DNA of 42,183 nt from a virus (Duplodnaviria > Caudoviricetes). A model generated the notes under the pieces. It was not told where the DNA came from and ran no database searches. It was given only the letters and a program-made list of their open reading frames with translations. A program made the translations under genes and the position numbers. The stretch spans positions 1-42,183 of IMG/VR virus record IMGVR_UViG_3300046010_010196. One strand, given 5' to 3'. Shown one piece after another: positions 9,201-17,720 of this stretch; the first letter of the stretch is position 1; the number at the start of each line of letters is the position of its first letter.

Positions 9201-9571
9201 GCAGCGGATTTAACTTCGGCGACAATACGGAACCGATGCAGGGCGAGGGAATGCAGGGCGGAGAGATGCAGGGCGAGGCACCCTCACCAGAAGAGCTTTC
9301 GTTCGACGACGCGGAACGGCAGCACTATCGCAACCTTGCAGGGCAAGCCCGAAACAATCCGTTCTTTGTCCAGTGCGATGAAGAGATTTTCGAGCTCAAC
9401 GACGATGGCTCCGAGCGGGTCCACGGAAAGAAGGACAAGCCTGAAAACAAAGAAGCTCCAGAGGGCGAGCTTGCTGATGAGCAGGTCGCTACTGATGGGG
9501 ACTCCGAAGAAGAGCAGAGCCCGGAAGAAGACGGCGACACCTACACGGACATCGACGACGAGGACTTTTAA
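9197..9571 (+). CDS. Highly acidic small protein, candidate inhibitor/antitoxin
   Basis: ATGA overlap with the upstream stop; very Asp/Glu-rich; contains a 3x MQGxx tandem repeat (9236-9277). Confidence 0.6.
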   Translation: MSSGFNFGDNTEPMQGEGMQGGEMQGEAPSPEELSFDDAERQHYRNLAGQARNNPFFVQCDEEIFELNDDGSERVHGKKDKPENKEAPEGELADEQVATDGDSEEEQSPEEDGDTYTDIDDEDF

Positions 9572-12500
9572 TGCACTGGCTAGGATTGCTTAAGGGCGGG
9601 CCCGGTTCCGGGAACTTTGGTCATGCCGGCCGTCCGGGCGAGGTTGGTGGCTCTGCTCCTGACGGAGAGCAAGGCTCTGGTGAGTCTAGCTCGAAGGTTC
9701 GCCAATGGGCTGAGAGTAAATTCAAGGACAAGGAAAAGGCAGACAGCTTTTCCAGTTGGTTTAGAGGTTCAAAGGTCACAAGCGATAGCGGCGAACCGCT
9801 GACGGTGTACCACGTAACAACCGAGGACTTCGAAGAATTCGACCCCAAGATGGGTGCTCAGGGCGTGGTCTGGTTTACCTCAAACAAAGAGAAGATTAAC
9901 AGCAGCGAAACCGGTGCATCGCTGAGGCCGGGAAAAACTCCGCGGATAATTGAAGCTCACCTGTCAATCCAGAAGATGGCCGGCTGGGATGAGTATGAGA
10001 AGTACAGCCTTGACGAGCTTGAAAGCCAAGGTTACGACGGGGTCAAACTCGACGACGACTACATCATCTTCGAAGCTAATCAAGTGAGGCAGGTAAAGCC
10101 AGAAGCAGAAGGCTCGGGCAAGTCGAGCCCGAAGGTTCGCCAATGGGCGGAGGAGAAGTTTAAGGACAAGCAGACCGCTGAGAACTTCGTGCGGTGGTTC
10201 GGTGATTCTAAGGTGGTCGACAAGGACGGAAACCCGCTGAGGGTGTTTCACGGAACCACTGAGAATTTTGAAGAATTTGATACTTCGATTAGATTGACAG
10301 ATGGTCGCGACCGTGCCGCGTTCTTCTCGGATTCTGAGATAGTTGCTGCTTCTTACACAGAACACCAGCCTCTCGAAGAAAAGAAAAGAATGACAGAGGC
10401 GGAAAACTTGAGGGCTGAGCTTGAGTCAGAATACGACAGGCTGACCGGCGACCTTCCGCCCGAAAGAGAAAACGCTTTTATTCATGCGATTAACAACGCA
10501 GAGGGTGTTTCGGTTGATGAAGCGAACCGCCTAATCGACATGCGTGACCGTCTTGAGAAACTAGAAAGCGGGCTTGATTTAGAAGAAAGTGCGGCACTTT
10601 ATGATTCAAAAAAACCGCAGATGAAGGCGGTATACCTCTCGCTGCAGAATCCGTACATTAGCGACTCAAAGGGAGGCAGAAGTGATTGGACGGTTCCAAC
10701 GATACTCCAGAAAGTAGACCGTTCAAAGCACGACGGGATTATTTTTAGAAACATTGTGGACACTGGAGATGGAACAAACACAGTCTCGACGGTTTATGCC
10801 GTGTTCTCGCCGACCTCTATCAAGTCAGCCATCGGCAACTCAGGGACGTTCGACCCCGACAATCCGAACATCACCAAGAGCCATAAGGGGTTCCATCAAT
10901 GGATGAGTCTCGTAAAAGGATTCACCCCGGATAGTTCTAAAATCGCAAAGTCTGTCGATAGAATTGAGGCGATGACTCTGGAGTGCTTGCGGCATATCAA
11001 GGGCGGTCCGGGCTCTGGCAACTTTGGTCACGCCGGGCGTCCCGGCCAAGTCGGCGGCTCTGCCCCTGATGACTCTCCTTCTAGCAGCTCATCGGCTCCG
11101 AAGGATGTACCGAAAGCCCCGGCCGAACCCCGGGACACAGACTTGGTCACGCTCGGAAAGTACGATGACCCGGTCGACGTTACTGGCAAGCGAAGGGTAA
11201 CCCTGTTTCACTACTCCTCTGACGACAGAAGCGATTCTGGACTTCAGCGGAAGTACGCTGGAACGGCCGGTGCCGGAGAAGAGAAACGCTCATTCGAATA
11301 CGACAAAGAAGGGAAGCTGATAGAAGAGTCTGCACCGATTCACGCTTATATGTATGGTGCCAAAAGAGAATCAATGGTCCCGGGCAAGGTTCTACACCGG
11401 ATAGATACCGAGCTTAATGTAATCGACGTCACCAGCAAGGAGTATGCAGACATTCTTGCAGAGGCACAGAAAGAGGCAGAGAAGACCGGCCGGCCTATGC
11501 TTGCGATGGCTCGGGTAATTACGAGACAACGCGGCTACGACGCCCTCGCGAGCACCAGAGACGGTATCGTGCAAATCCTGAGAGACGTAAGCCCTGCTGA
11601 GCTGGAGACAGTCGGCAAGAAAGGTGCTTCCACTAAAATTGGATACACTCCGAAGCCACCAGCAGACAGTGATTACGTTGACGAATACAAGAGACGGTGG
11701 GAGACAAAGATAAGCAACCTAGCCAAAGAGAAGCCAGAGGTCGAAATATATTCGCTGAACAACGGTGCGGACGTTATGGTGAATATGGGGCTTCTCAGCA
11801 AGGAAGACAGACACGCAGTTGTTGGAAACCTAGTCGGAAGAGAGCTGACCTTAGAAAAAGTAAACGCCACTGTCGATGAGCTTATAAGCAAGATTCCAAA
11901 GTCTGCACGAGAGAAGGATGTCGAGTACATAAAAAACTACTGGAAGTACGCAATCGTAGCAGGAAAAAGCAAAGAAGAGATTCAGGCGAACATAGAAGAG
12001 CAGCAACGGAACCTGCTGAAAAATGTAAACAATCGGGTTGCTGTTCGCGTACCGCTTGAGTTTGTTGATAGCGTGATTAAGGACGGCCGTCTAAAGTCGC
12101 AATTCGAAACCGGAGAATCAAAGGGTGCACTGGACCCGCAACTCCGAAGAAACGTGGAGTACAACGGCTTTGGAGTGCCGAGAGACCATCCAGCGGACAA
12201 GAGGCCCATTTACGGGTACATGGCAGACGAGTCCGCCAGCATGCACAACACCACGCTTGAATACTACGGCGGCATCGCCTTGATTATGAAAGATGAAGTC
12301 AAGGAGCGGTCTACGGTCACCTTCGGCGACTCTTTGGACAACGGCCTGCCGGCAAGCGATATAAAATCTCCGAGCCTCACTTCGATGAGAGTTGTTGAAG
12401 GTGTTCTCGATGAGGATAGCTTTACTTACATCGAGGCACAGCTGCACGGAGGGGTTAGCATCGACGACGTGAAAGAGGTTGTGATTAACGAGTTTACGAT

Positions 12501-12759
12501 GAGAAAAATCATCAAGTCATACTCTCTTATCCCAGCAAGCGAAAATTCGAAACTGCCTTTTGGCAACTTCGACCGCGGCGGAAGGCTTCTTAGCAGTGAC
12601 TTAAAAATATCAGTCTGCTCGATTAACAAGCGTGGGGAGCCCGGAGTTGTAAGGACCTTGGAAGACTGGATTGAGTCTAGCGATTACAAGAACACACACT
12701 GGGACACCCCAGAGGGTCGAGTTTTTGCAGAGAAAGTGAGGAAGAGAAGTGGAAGATAA
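9571..12759 (+). CDS. Polyvalent protein with two ART-PolyVal-like ADP-ribosyltransferase domains and a C-terminal DUF3626-like domain
   Basis: Two WFxxSKV.D..G.PL.V(Y/F)H.T...F.EFD units ending in GYDG or HDGII and IKSAIGNSGTFDP; C-terminal LKSQFETG..RPIYGY..YG..ERSTVTFGDSL..YIEAQLHG; two GGPGSGN tags. Confidence 0.8.
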   Translation: MHWLGLLKGGPGSGNFGHAGRPGEVGGSAPDGEQGSGESSSKVRQWAESKFKDKEKADSFSSWFRGSKVTSDSGEPLTVYHVTTEDFEEFDPKMGAQGVVWFTSNKEKINSSETGASLRPGKTPRIIEAHLSIQKMAGWDEYEKYSLDELESQGYDGVKLDDDYIIFEANQVRQVKPEAEGSGKSSPKVRQWAEEKFKDKQTAENFVRWFGDSKVVDKDGNPLRVFHGTTENFEEFDTSIRLTDGRDRAAFFSDSEIVAASYTEHQPLEEKKRMTEAENLRAELESEYDRLTGDLPPERENAFIHAINNAEGVSVDEANRLIDMRDRLEKLESGLDLEESAALYDSKKPQMKAVYLSLQNPYISDSKGGRSDWTVPTILQKVDRSKHDGIIFRNIVDTGDGTNTVSTVYAVFSPTSIKSAIGNSGTFDPDNPNITKSHKGFHQWMSLVKGFTPDSSKIAKSVDRIEAMTLECLRHIKGGPGSGNFGHAGRPGQVGGSAPDDSPSSSSSAPKDVPKAPAEPRDTDLVTLGKYDDPVDVTGKRRVTLFHYSSDDRSDSGLQRKYAGTAGAGEEKRSFEYDKEGKLIEESAPIHAYMYGAKRESMVPGKVLHRIDTELNVIDVTSKEYADILAEAQKEAEKTGRPMLAMARVITRQRGYDALASTRDGIVQILRDVSPAELETVGKKGASTKIGYTPKPPADSDYVDEYKRRWETKISNLAKEKPEVEIYSLNNGADVMVNMGLLSKEDRHAVVGNLVGRELTLEKVNATVDELISKIPKSAREKDVEYIKNYWKYAIVAGKSKEEIQANIEEQQRNLLKNVNNRVAVRVPLEFVDSVIKDGRLKSQFETGESKGALDPQLRRNVEYNGFGVPRDHPADKRPIYGYMADESASMHNTTLEYYGGIALIMKDEVKERSTVTFGDSLDNGLPASDIKSPSLTSMRVVEGVLDEDSFTYIEAQLHGGVSIDDVKEVVINEFTMRKIIKSYSLIPASENSKLPFGNFDRGGRLLSSDLKISVCSINKRGEPGVVRTLEDWIESSDYKNTHWDTPEGRVFAEKVRKRSGR
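9592..9663 (+). repeat. Peptide tag copy 3 (KGGPGSGNFGHAGRPGEVGGSAPD)
   Basis: Begins at residue 8 of the 1062 aa ORF. Confidence 0.95.
10999..11073 (+). repeat. Peptide tag copy 4 (KGGPGSGNFGHAGRPGQVGGSAPDD)
   Basis: K477 of the 1062 aa ORF. Confidence 0.95.
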
Positions 12760-12979
12760 GCGCAAGCTCGGAAGGGTAATCGCCCGCCGAGGCTCGGATG
12801 CCTTGAGTGTCTCGCGAGAGGCTGGCGGAAAAAGATACGGATACATCGTCTTCGGAGACGGCTCTGTATCGGAAGAGGTCAACGTGGACTCGGTTATCTC
12901 TCGCGGGTACTGGTCTCCGGTCTCTGGCTCTGAAGCACTCAAAAGCTACATCAAGGCACTGGAAAATGGACCCGGCTAA
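12749..12979 (+). CDS. Small hypothetical protein, candidate immunity partner of the DUF3626-like domain
   Basis: GTG start with GAGG upstream, overlaps the upstream stop and fills the gap to the MuF start; protein-like composition (VDSVISRGYW). Confidence 0.55.
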   Translation: MEDKRKLGRVIARRGSDALSVSREAGGKRYGYIVFGDGSVSEEVNVDSVISRGYWSPVSGSEALKSYIKALENGPG

Positions 12980-13583
12980 CAGACGAGAGCACGAGTCCGA
13001 CATGATGCGGCTAATCGGTGCAATTGCCGAAAGGTGCGGGCAGTCGAAGACAAAGGAGGGCATGTTCGATTGCATCGAACTGTTCGACCTTGAGAGCAAG
13101 ATGTTGGACATCTCACAGGAGGCCTACGAGGCTCTCTTGGTGCAGCTAAGCATTCGGGCTATGCCAAGGATGCCGCAGGAGCTAGTGCGAACTCTGTTTA
13201 TTGAATTCGCAGACAGGGCCGCGGAGCTCGCGATAGAGGGGAAGATAAACGAGGCTTGGGTGTCGGTCGCGGCAGTGACTATGACTACAAAGCTCTGGAG
13301 TATCGGAGAGTCTCTCGCGGTAGACCACGCAAGAACTAGATTCACCCAGTACACGCCGCACACCAAAGCGTTTCAAGGGATTCCTGTCGAACTACTTCGA
13401 AGTGCAACCCGGATGAAGATTGTTTCCATATGGAAGGCCGAAGCGGATGCCTGTGAAATTTGCAAATTCCTAGAGAACAACGTGATTGAGTACATCGCCT
13501 ACGACGGCCCGCCGGCTCACCCAAACTGCAGGTGCTGGGTCGATTACTCGGTCGAGGCAGCTGGAGTGGAAGAGCCCGAATGA
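12966..13583 (+). CDS. MuF / SPP1 gp7-like minor head protein (short form)
   Basis: C-terminal W....DACEIC..L......GPPAHPNCRC signature; start placed at ATG 12966 rather than 12807. Confidence 0.8.
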   Translation: MDPANRREHESDMMRLIGAIAERCGQSKTKEGMFDCIELFDLESKMLDISQEAYEALLVQLSIRAMPRMPQELVRTLFIEFADRAAELAIEGKINEAWVSVAAVTMTTKLWSIGESLAVDHARTRFTQYTPHTKAFQGIPVELLRSATRMKIVSIWKAEADACEICKFLENNVIEYIAYDGPPAHPNCRCWVDYSVEAAGVEEPE

Positions 13584-13924
13584 GACCAGTTGGATTCAGG
13601 GTTACCAGTGCTTGGCCGATGATGCGGCTGCTTGAGTACTCTCAAGGCAATTGCCCGTGGCTTGATGAAGCGGAGATGGAAAGGCTAAAGTCCTTTTCGT
13701 TAAAGTGCCGGATACTGCAGACGAGGAAGGCGGTACAGATATCAGATACAATCATTGAGGAGCTAGACGTAGCAATCAAGCTTCTTGGTTTGATGTCCAG
13801 ACATGCCATCCAGCTAGTCGGAGAAAAACATGCTGCTACGTGCGGTGCCAATGCTAGGTCGACACGACTGAAGCTTGTTGAAATCAGAGCAAGACTTGAC
13901 TTAACGGGGAGCCCTAATGAGTAG
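13580..13924 (+). CDS. Hypothetical protein
   Basis: ATGA-coupled to the MuF stop. Confidence 0.5.
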   Translation: MRPVGFRVTSAWPMMRLLEYSQGNCPWLDEAEMERLKSFSLKCRILQTRKAVQISDTIIEELDVAIKLLGLMSRHAIQLVGEKHAATCGANARSTRLKLVEIRARLDLTGSPNE

Positions 13925-14234
13925 ACTAAAACCTAGCGGCCGATGTTTTTTTGAAGGAAAGCTTGACGCCTTGGTGTTTACTAGGAGCCTCTCTAGGAGA
14001 GAGATTCTGGACCTGAGCGAGGAGTATAAGAGGAGCCCGGTCCCTTTGGTCGCGTTTCAGGTCGACAATCTAAACAGCGTCGAGAACTACTTTTTTAAGG
14101 GCAGCTGGGTAAAGCCTAAGAAGTCTGTGACTCTGGCGGATGGGATTAAGCTCATCTCGGACCATCTCGGGCTTGGATTGACGATAAACAAGATGGTGCT
14201 CGACTGCATATCCTTCGGGAGTTTCCGGGAATAA
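13917..14234 (+). CDS. Hypothetical protein
   Basis: SD GGGGAG; overlaps the upstream stop. Confidence 0.55.
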   Translation: MSRLKPSGRCFFEGKLDALVFTRSLSRREILDLSEEYKRSPVPLVAFQVDNLNSVENYFFKGSWVKPKKSVTLADGIKLISDHLGLGLTINKMVLDCISFGSFRE

Positions 14235-14236
14235 CA

Positions 14237-14265
14237 TTGCAGCAAATTTCAGTATCTTGTAGATT
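14237..14265 (+). promoter_or_regulatory. Possible sigma70-like promoter for the protease/capsid genes
   Basis: TTGCAG-17 nt-TAGATT in an AT-rich intergenic gap. Confidence 0.3.
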
Positions 14266-14285
14266 TTCAGGCCGGAGGGCGAGCA

Positions 14286-15743
14286 GTGGCTAACAATTCA
14301 AATCTAAACGGCGTGTTTTCTAACCCAACAGTGGGAACCGTCTTTGAGGTCGACACGGCAAAGATGTCTGCTTCGGCAATCATCTCTACCCCAGCAGTAG
14401 ACCGTGTTGGGGACTCAATGGACCCGCTCGGGTGCGACCTTACACAATACCGCCTGAACCCGGTTGTGTTCTGGAACCACGCTTTTGATGGGTTTACAAA
14501 GCCTATCGGTATCTCCGAGAACAGCTCTGGAGAGCTCCAGATTTTCCCGTCTGGCGAGAACATCAAGGCGACCTGCTATTTCACGAACAAGTTTCTCGAA
14601 GCCGAGCAGATTTTCGACCTTGTAAACGAAAAAACTATTCGGGCAACCTCGATTCGGTTCGACCCAATTGGCTCTCCCTCGCGGTCCGGCGGGGTCCAGC
14701 GATTCTCTAAATGGTATCTTTTAGAGTGGAGTTGGGTGCCGATTGGTTGTAATCCTGAGGCGGTACAGCAGGTGCTTGCAAAGGGGTATCTTGCCGGCCG
14801 GCGTATTTCGAGTGGGATTACAAAGTCTCTGGAGTTGTTGCTTCCGGAGAAGAAACTGCAAATTGCTGGTTACAACTTTAAGAAAGATGCTAAAATGCGT
14901 TTCGTTAAATCGTGCGATGACAACAAAAAGTGCAATTGCGACAAAGACCCGCTCGGCGGCGAAGTGAAGATGACCAACGATAAAGAACGACCAGAAGACG
15001 CTCCACCGCCGGGAACAAAGCCGGCTCCGATGCCGCCATCTTCCGGTTATTCGTCGGCTCCTCCTGCAGCAGGCAAGACTCCACCCCCGGGCGGAAAGGT
15101 TCCTCCCCAGAGCGGAAGGGTTCCTCCCCAGAGCGGCAAGCCGGGCGAAGAGGAATATAAAGGCAACATGGACGAAGAGTCCGAGTCAGAAGACATTGCA
15201 GGGGACGGCGAGGAAGCAGAGACTCCAAAGGCTTACGGAGCACAGCTCGTCGAGGCCGCTTACAACGCACTCAACGAGGTCCGGGTAAACATCAAGGAAG
15301 GCTCTGTAGCACTTGAGCACCCAGAAATCGAAGCCTTGATTGCAACCACTCTCGAAGCTCTCGGAATGATGATGAGCGAAGTGGAAGCAGCTTACGCCAA
15401 GTCATACGTCCGGAACCCAAAATACAACTACTCTCCGCTTGCCAGCTCCGGACGTCGTCTGGATTGGCACGACAACCTCAAGTCATTTTTGGCTGGAGGC
15501 GCGAGCAATCGGTTTGCTGTTAGCGGAATTGCTGAGCGAATCCGTAGCGTTGCAAAGTCCGGCACAGTTAGCGGCCGCGAAGCCGACGTATTGAAGTCTT
15601 GTGCAACACAATTGCAAGGGTTCGTAGAATCTGCTCGTTCCAACGTGAGGCACGAGAGCAATGGTGTTGTCGGTGACAGGCTTGAGTCTATCACTAAATC
15701 TTCGGATGCCACGTTGGCCATCCTGAAGAACATGAAACGCTAA
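14286..15743 (+). CDS. HK97-family prohead protease with a C-terminal scaffold-like extension
   Basis: STPAVDRVGD, NPVVFWNH...PIG, SIRF, LLEWSWVPIGCNPEA; Pro-rich, acidic and helical C-terminal half; lies directly upstream of the capsid gene. Confidence 0.9.
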   Translation: MANNSNLNGVFSNPTVGTVFEVDTAKMSASAIISTPAVDRVGDSMDPLGCDLTQYRLNPVVFWNHAFDGFTKPIGISENSSGELQIFPSGENIKATCYFTNKFLEAEQIFDLVNEKTIRATSIRFDPIGSPSRSGGVQRFSKWYLLEWSWVPIGCNPEAVQQVLAKGYLAGRRISSGITKSLELLLPEKKLQIAGYNFKKDAKMRFVKSCDDNKKCNCDKDPLGGEVKMTNDKERPEDAPPPGTKPAPMPPSSGYSSAPPAAGKTPPPGGKVPPQSGRVPPQSGKPGEEEYKGNMDEESESEDIAGDGEEAETPKAYGAQLVEAAYNALNEVRVNIKEGSVALEHPEIEALIATTLEALGMMMSEVEAAYAKSYVRNPKYNYSPLASSGRRLDWHDNLKSFLAGGASNRFAVSGIAERIRSVAKSGTVSGREADVLKSCATQLQGFVESARSNVRHESNGVVGDRLESITKSSDATLAILKNMKR

Positions 15744-15764
15744 CCTTTTACCCAGAGGGTCAAA

Positions 15765-17045
15765 ATGTCCAGCATTGAAAACAAGTTGCAGGCTGTTGAA
15801 AAGACTCAAGCCGCCATCTTGGAACACTTGAAGAGTCTTGACACCCCTAACTACCGCGTTGTTGGCGGAGACGGTGGAACCACTGTCTCTTACATCGAAG
15901 ACGGCGGACCGAACGACGTTGTTCGAATCGACAACTTGTGGGCTCGCGGTGAGAACACCGTAAAGAACTACCGCAAGAACGCTTACCTGCCCGGCTACAA
16001 GGGCGCGAAGGAAGGCGGCTTCAAGAGCTTCGGCGACTTCTTGCTTAGCGGTCTTCGTGACTCGAAGACAGCTGACTGGCAAAACCGTCACGCTAACTGC
16101 TTCAAGGCAGTTCAAGGTATGTCGGTTGGTGCCGCTGAAGACGGCGGGTACATGGTTCAGCCAGAGTACTCCGACAAGGTTCTGGAGCGAGTTTACAACA
16201 ACAAGCTGTTCTCGATGACGGACAATTACACCGTCTCGGGCAACAACCTTGTGTTCATGCGAAACGCTGAAACCTCGCGGGCCAATGGTTCTCGCAAGGG
16301 TGGCATTCGTGGTTACTGGCTCGGTGAAGGCGCAAGCGGAACCAAGTCAGCTCCAAAGATGCGGCAAGTTCAGCTCCGCCTGAAGAAGCTCTGCATTATC
16401 GTTTACCTCACCGAAGAGCTCATCCAAGACGGCGGCTCTGCTGTCCAGAGCTATGTCGAAAAGTGTGCTGCTGAAGAATTCAATTTCATGATTGGCGACG
16501 CACTGTTTAACGGCACTGGTGTAGGCCAGCCTCTCGGCTTGCTCAACTCCGGCTCGCTGGTGACTGTCACCAAGGAATCGGGCCAAGCTGCTACGACTAT
16601 CAACGCAGCAAACATCGACAAGATGTGGGCTCGTCGATACGCTGCTGCTGACGGATACAGCTGGTTCCACAACCAAGACTGCGGTCCTCAGCTCGACAGC
16701 CTGTCTCAGTCGATTGGCACTGCAGGTATCGCACTCTACCGGCCGAACACTGGTCTGGCTGGCGTTGCTCCTCAGATGCTGAAGACTGCACCTCGCGTTG
16801 AAACGGAATTCAATGCAGCTGTCGGAACCGTGGGTGACTTGGTTCTTGCCGACTTCAGCCAGATTCTGTCGATTGCAAAGGGTGGCGTCTCGCAGATGGC
16901 TTCGACTCACGTCGAGTTCTTGACCGACCAGACCGCCTTGAAATTTACGATGCGTCTCGACGCTCGTCCTTGGGATGACACTGCAATGACCCCTTATAAG
17001 GGCAGTGCAACTCAGTCCAGCTTCGTCTGTCTCGAAACTCGCTAA
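15765..17045 (+). CDS. Major capsid protein, HK97 fold
   Basis: FKA...DGGYMVQPEY, LTEELIQD, FNGTGVGQPLGLLN, LVLADFS, F.TDQTA.KFTMRLDARP. Confidence 0.95.
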   Translation: MSSIENKLQAVEKTQAAILEHLKSLDTPNYRVVGGDGGTTVSYIEDGGPNDVVRIDNLWARGENTVKNYRKNAYLPGYKGAKEGGFKSFGDFLLSGLRDSKTADWQNRHANCFKAVQGMSVGAAEDGGYMVQPEYSDKVLERVYNNKLFSMTDNYTVSGNNLVFMRNAETSRANGSRKGGIRGYWLGEGASGTKSAPKMRQVQLRLKKLCIIVYLTEELIQDGGSAVQSYVEKCAAEEFNFMIGDALFNGTGVGQPLGLLNSGSLVTVTKESGQAATTINAANIDKMWARRYAAADGYSWFHNQDCGPQLDSLSQSIGTAGIALYRPNTGLAGVAPQMLKTAPRVETEFNAAVGTVGDLVLADFSQILSIAKGGVSQMASTHVEFLTDQTALKFTMRLDARPWDDTAMTPYKGSATQSSFVCLETR

Positions 17046-17094
17046 CTAAATCCCTGATAAGGGTTTTGATACACAATTCCAGAGAGGAAAAAGA

Positions 17095-17640
17095 ATGTTA
17101 CCCGGAAGTTTTTTTGAAGCAGGCAATGACATCCATCCGCTGGTCTGGCAGTCCGATGCGAACTCGGACGTGTCGATGGACTGGGTGTCTTTGAAGAATT
17201 ATGACCGTGCGTATGTCTACCTGATTAAGGGTGGCAGCGAAGACGTTGACGACTTGGGTGTTGAGCTCAAGCAAGCAACCGATACAGCCGGCACCGGCTC
17301 GAAGGCACTGGCAGTTTCCCGCTGCTGGTACAAGACCGGAACCATGACCGCTCAGGGTACTTGGACGGAAGTGAATGTCGGAAGCGGAACCGCTGATGAC
17401 TTCATCTCCTTCGGTGCCTCTGTGCCATCCGGTGCGACCCGGGTTGTAGCTGACGTCAACACGAATGCTTTGCACTTGCTGATTGAAGTCAAGTCTGACG
17501 ACCTCGACGTCAACGGCGGGTTCAACTCGATTAGTGCGACCATCGAAGGCGACAACGTGGACAACGCGGTTCTGGTGAGTGCCTTGGCTATCCTTACCGA
17601 TAGCTACTTCCCACGAGCCATCCCAGCCAGCCCTCTGTAG
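17095..17640 (+). CDS. Putative capsid decoration/accessory protein
   Basis: Immediately after the capsid gene; beta-rich, with WVSLKNYD and LKQATDTAGTGSKAL motifs typical of such genes. Confidence 0.6.
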   Translation: MLPGSFFEAGNDIHPLVWQSDANSDVSMDWVSLKNYDRAYVYLIKGGSEDVDDLGVELKQATDTAGTGSKALAVSRCWYKTGTMTAQGTWTEVNVGSGTADDFISFGASVPSGATRVVADVNTNALHLLIEVKSDDLDVNGGFNSISATIEGDNVDNAVLVSALAILTDSYFPRAIPASPL

Positions 17641-17662
17641 TCGACAACAGTACCACTTCACG

Positions 17663-17704
17663 CGAGGCAGGGTTGGGCGGAAACGTCTTGCCCTGTTTCG
17701 TTTT
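17663..17704 (+). terminator. Putative intrinsic terminator
   Basis: CGAGGCAGGGT-TGGGCG-GAAA-CGTCTT-GCCCTGTTTCG long stem with a GNRA loop, followed by TTTT. Confidence 0.65.
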
Positions 17705-17720
17705 ATAGAAAGGTTTTTAT

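Noticed and set aside
3493-11073. Repeated tag as a CRISPR array, DGR template/variable repeat or insertion-sequence end
   Set aside because: Copies are kilobases apart, in frame and differ mainly at synonymous sites. There is no adenine-specific variation, and no reverse transcriptase, cas or transposase gene is seen.
12807-12965. N-terminal extension of the MuF ORF given by the ORF track
   Set aside because: It overlaps the more protein-like 12749-12979 ORF; ATG 12966 gives the usual short overlap.
15090-15140. 21-bp tandem repeat (VPPQSG x2) in the protease extension, and PGM repeats in the portal linker
   Set aside because: Low-complexity coding linkers with no evidence of a DNA-level function.
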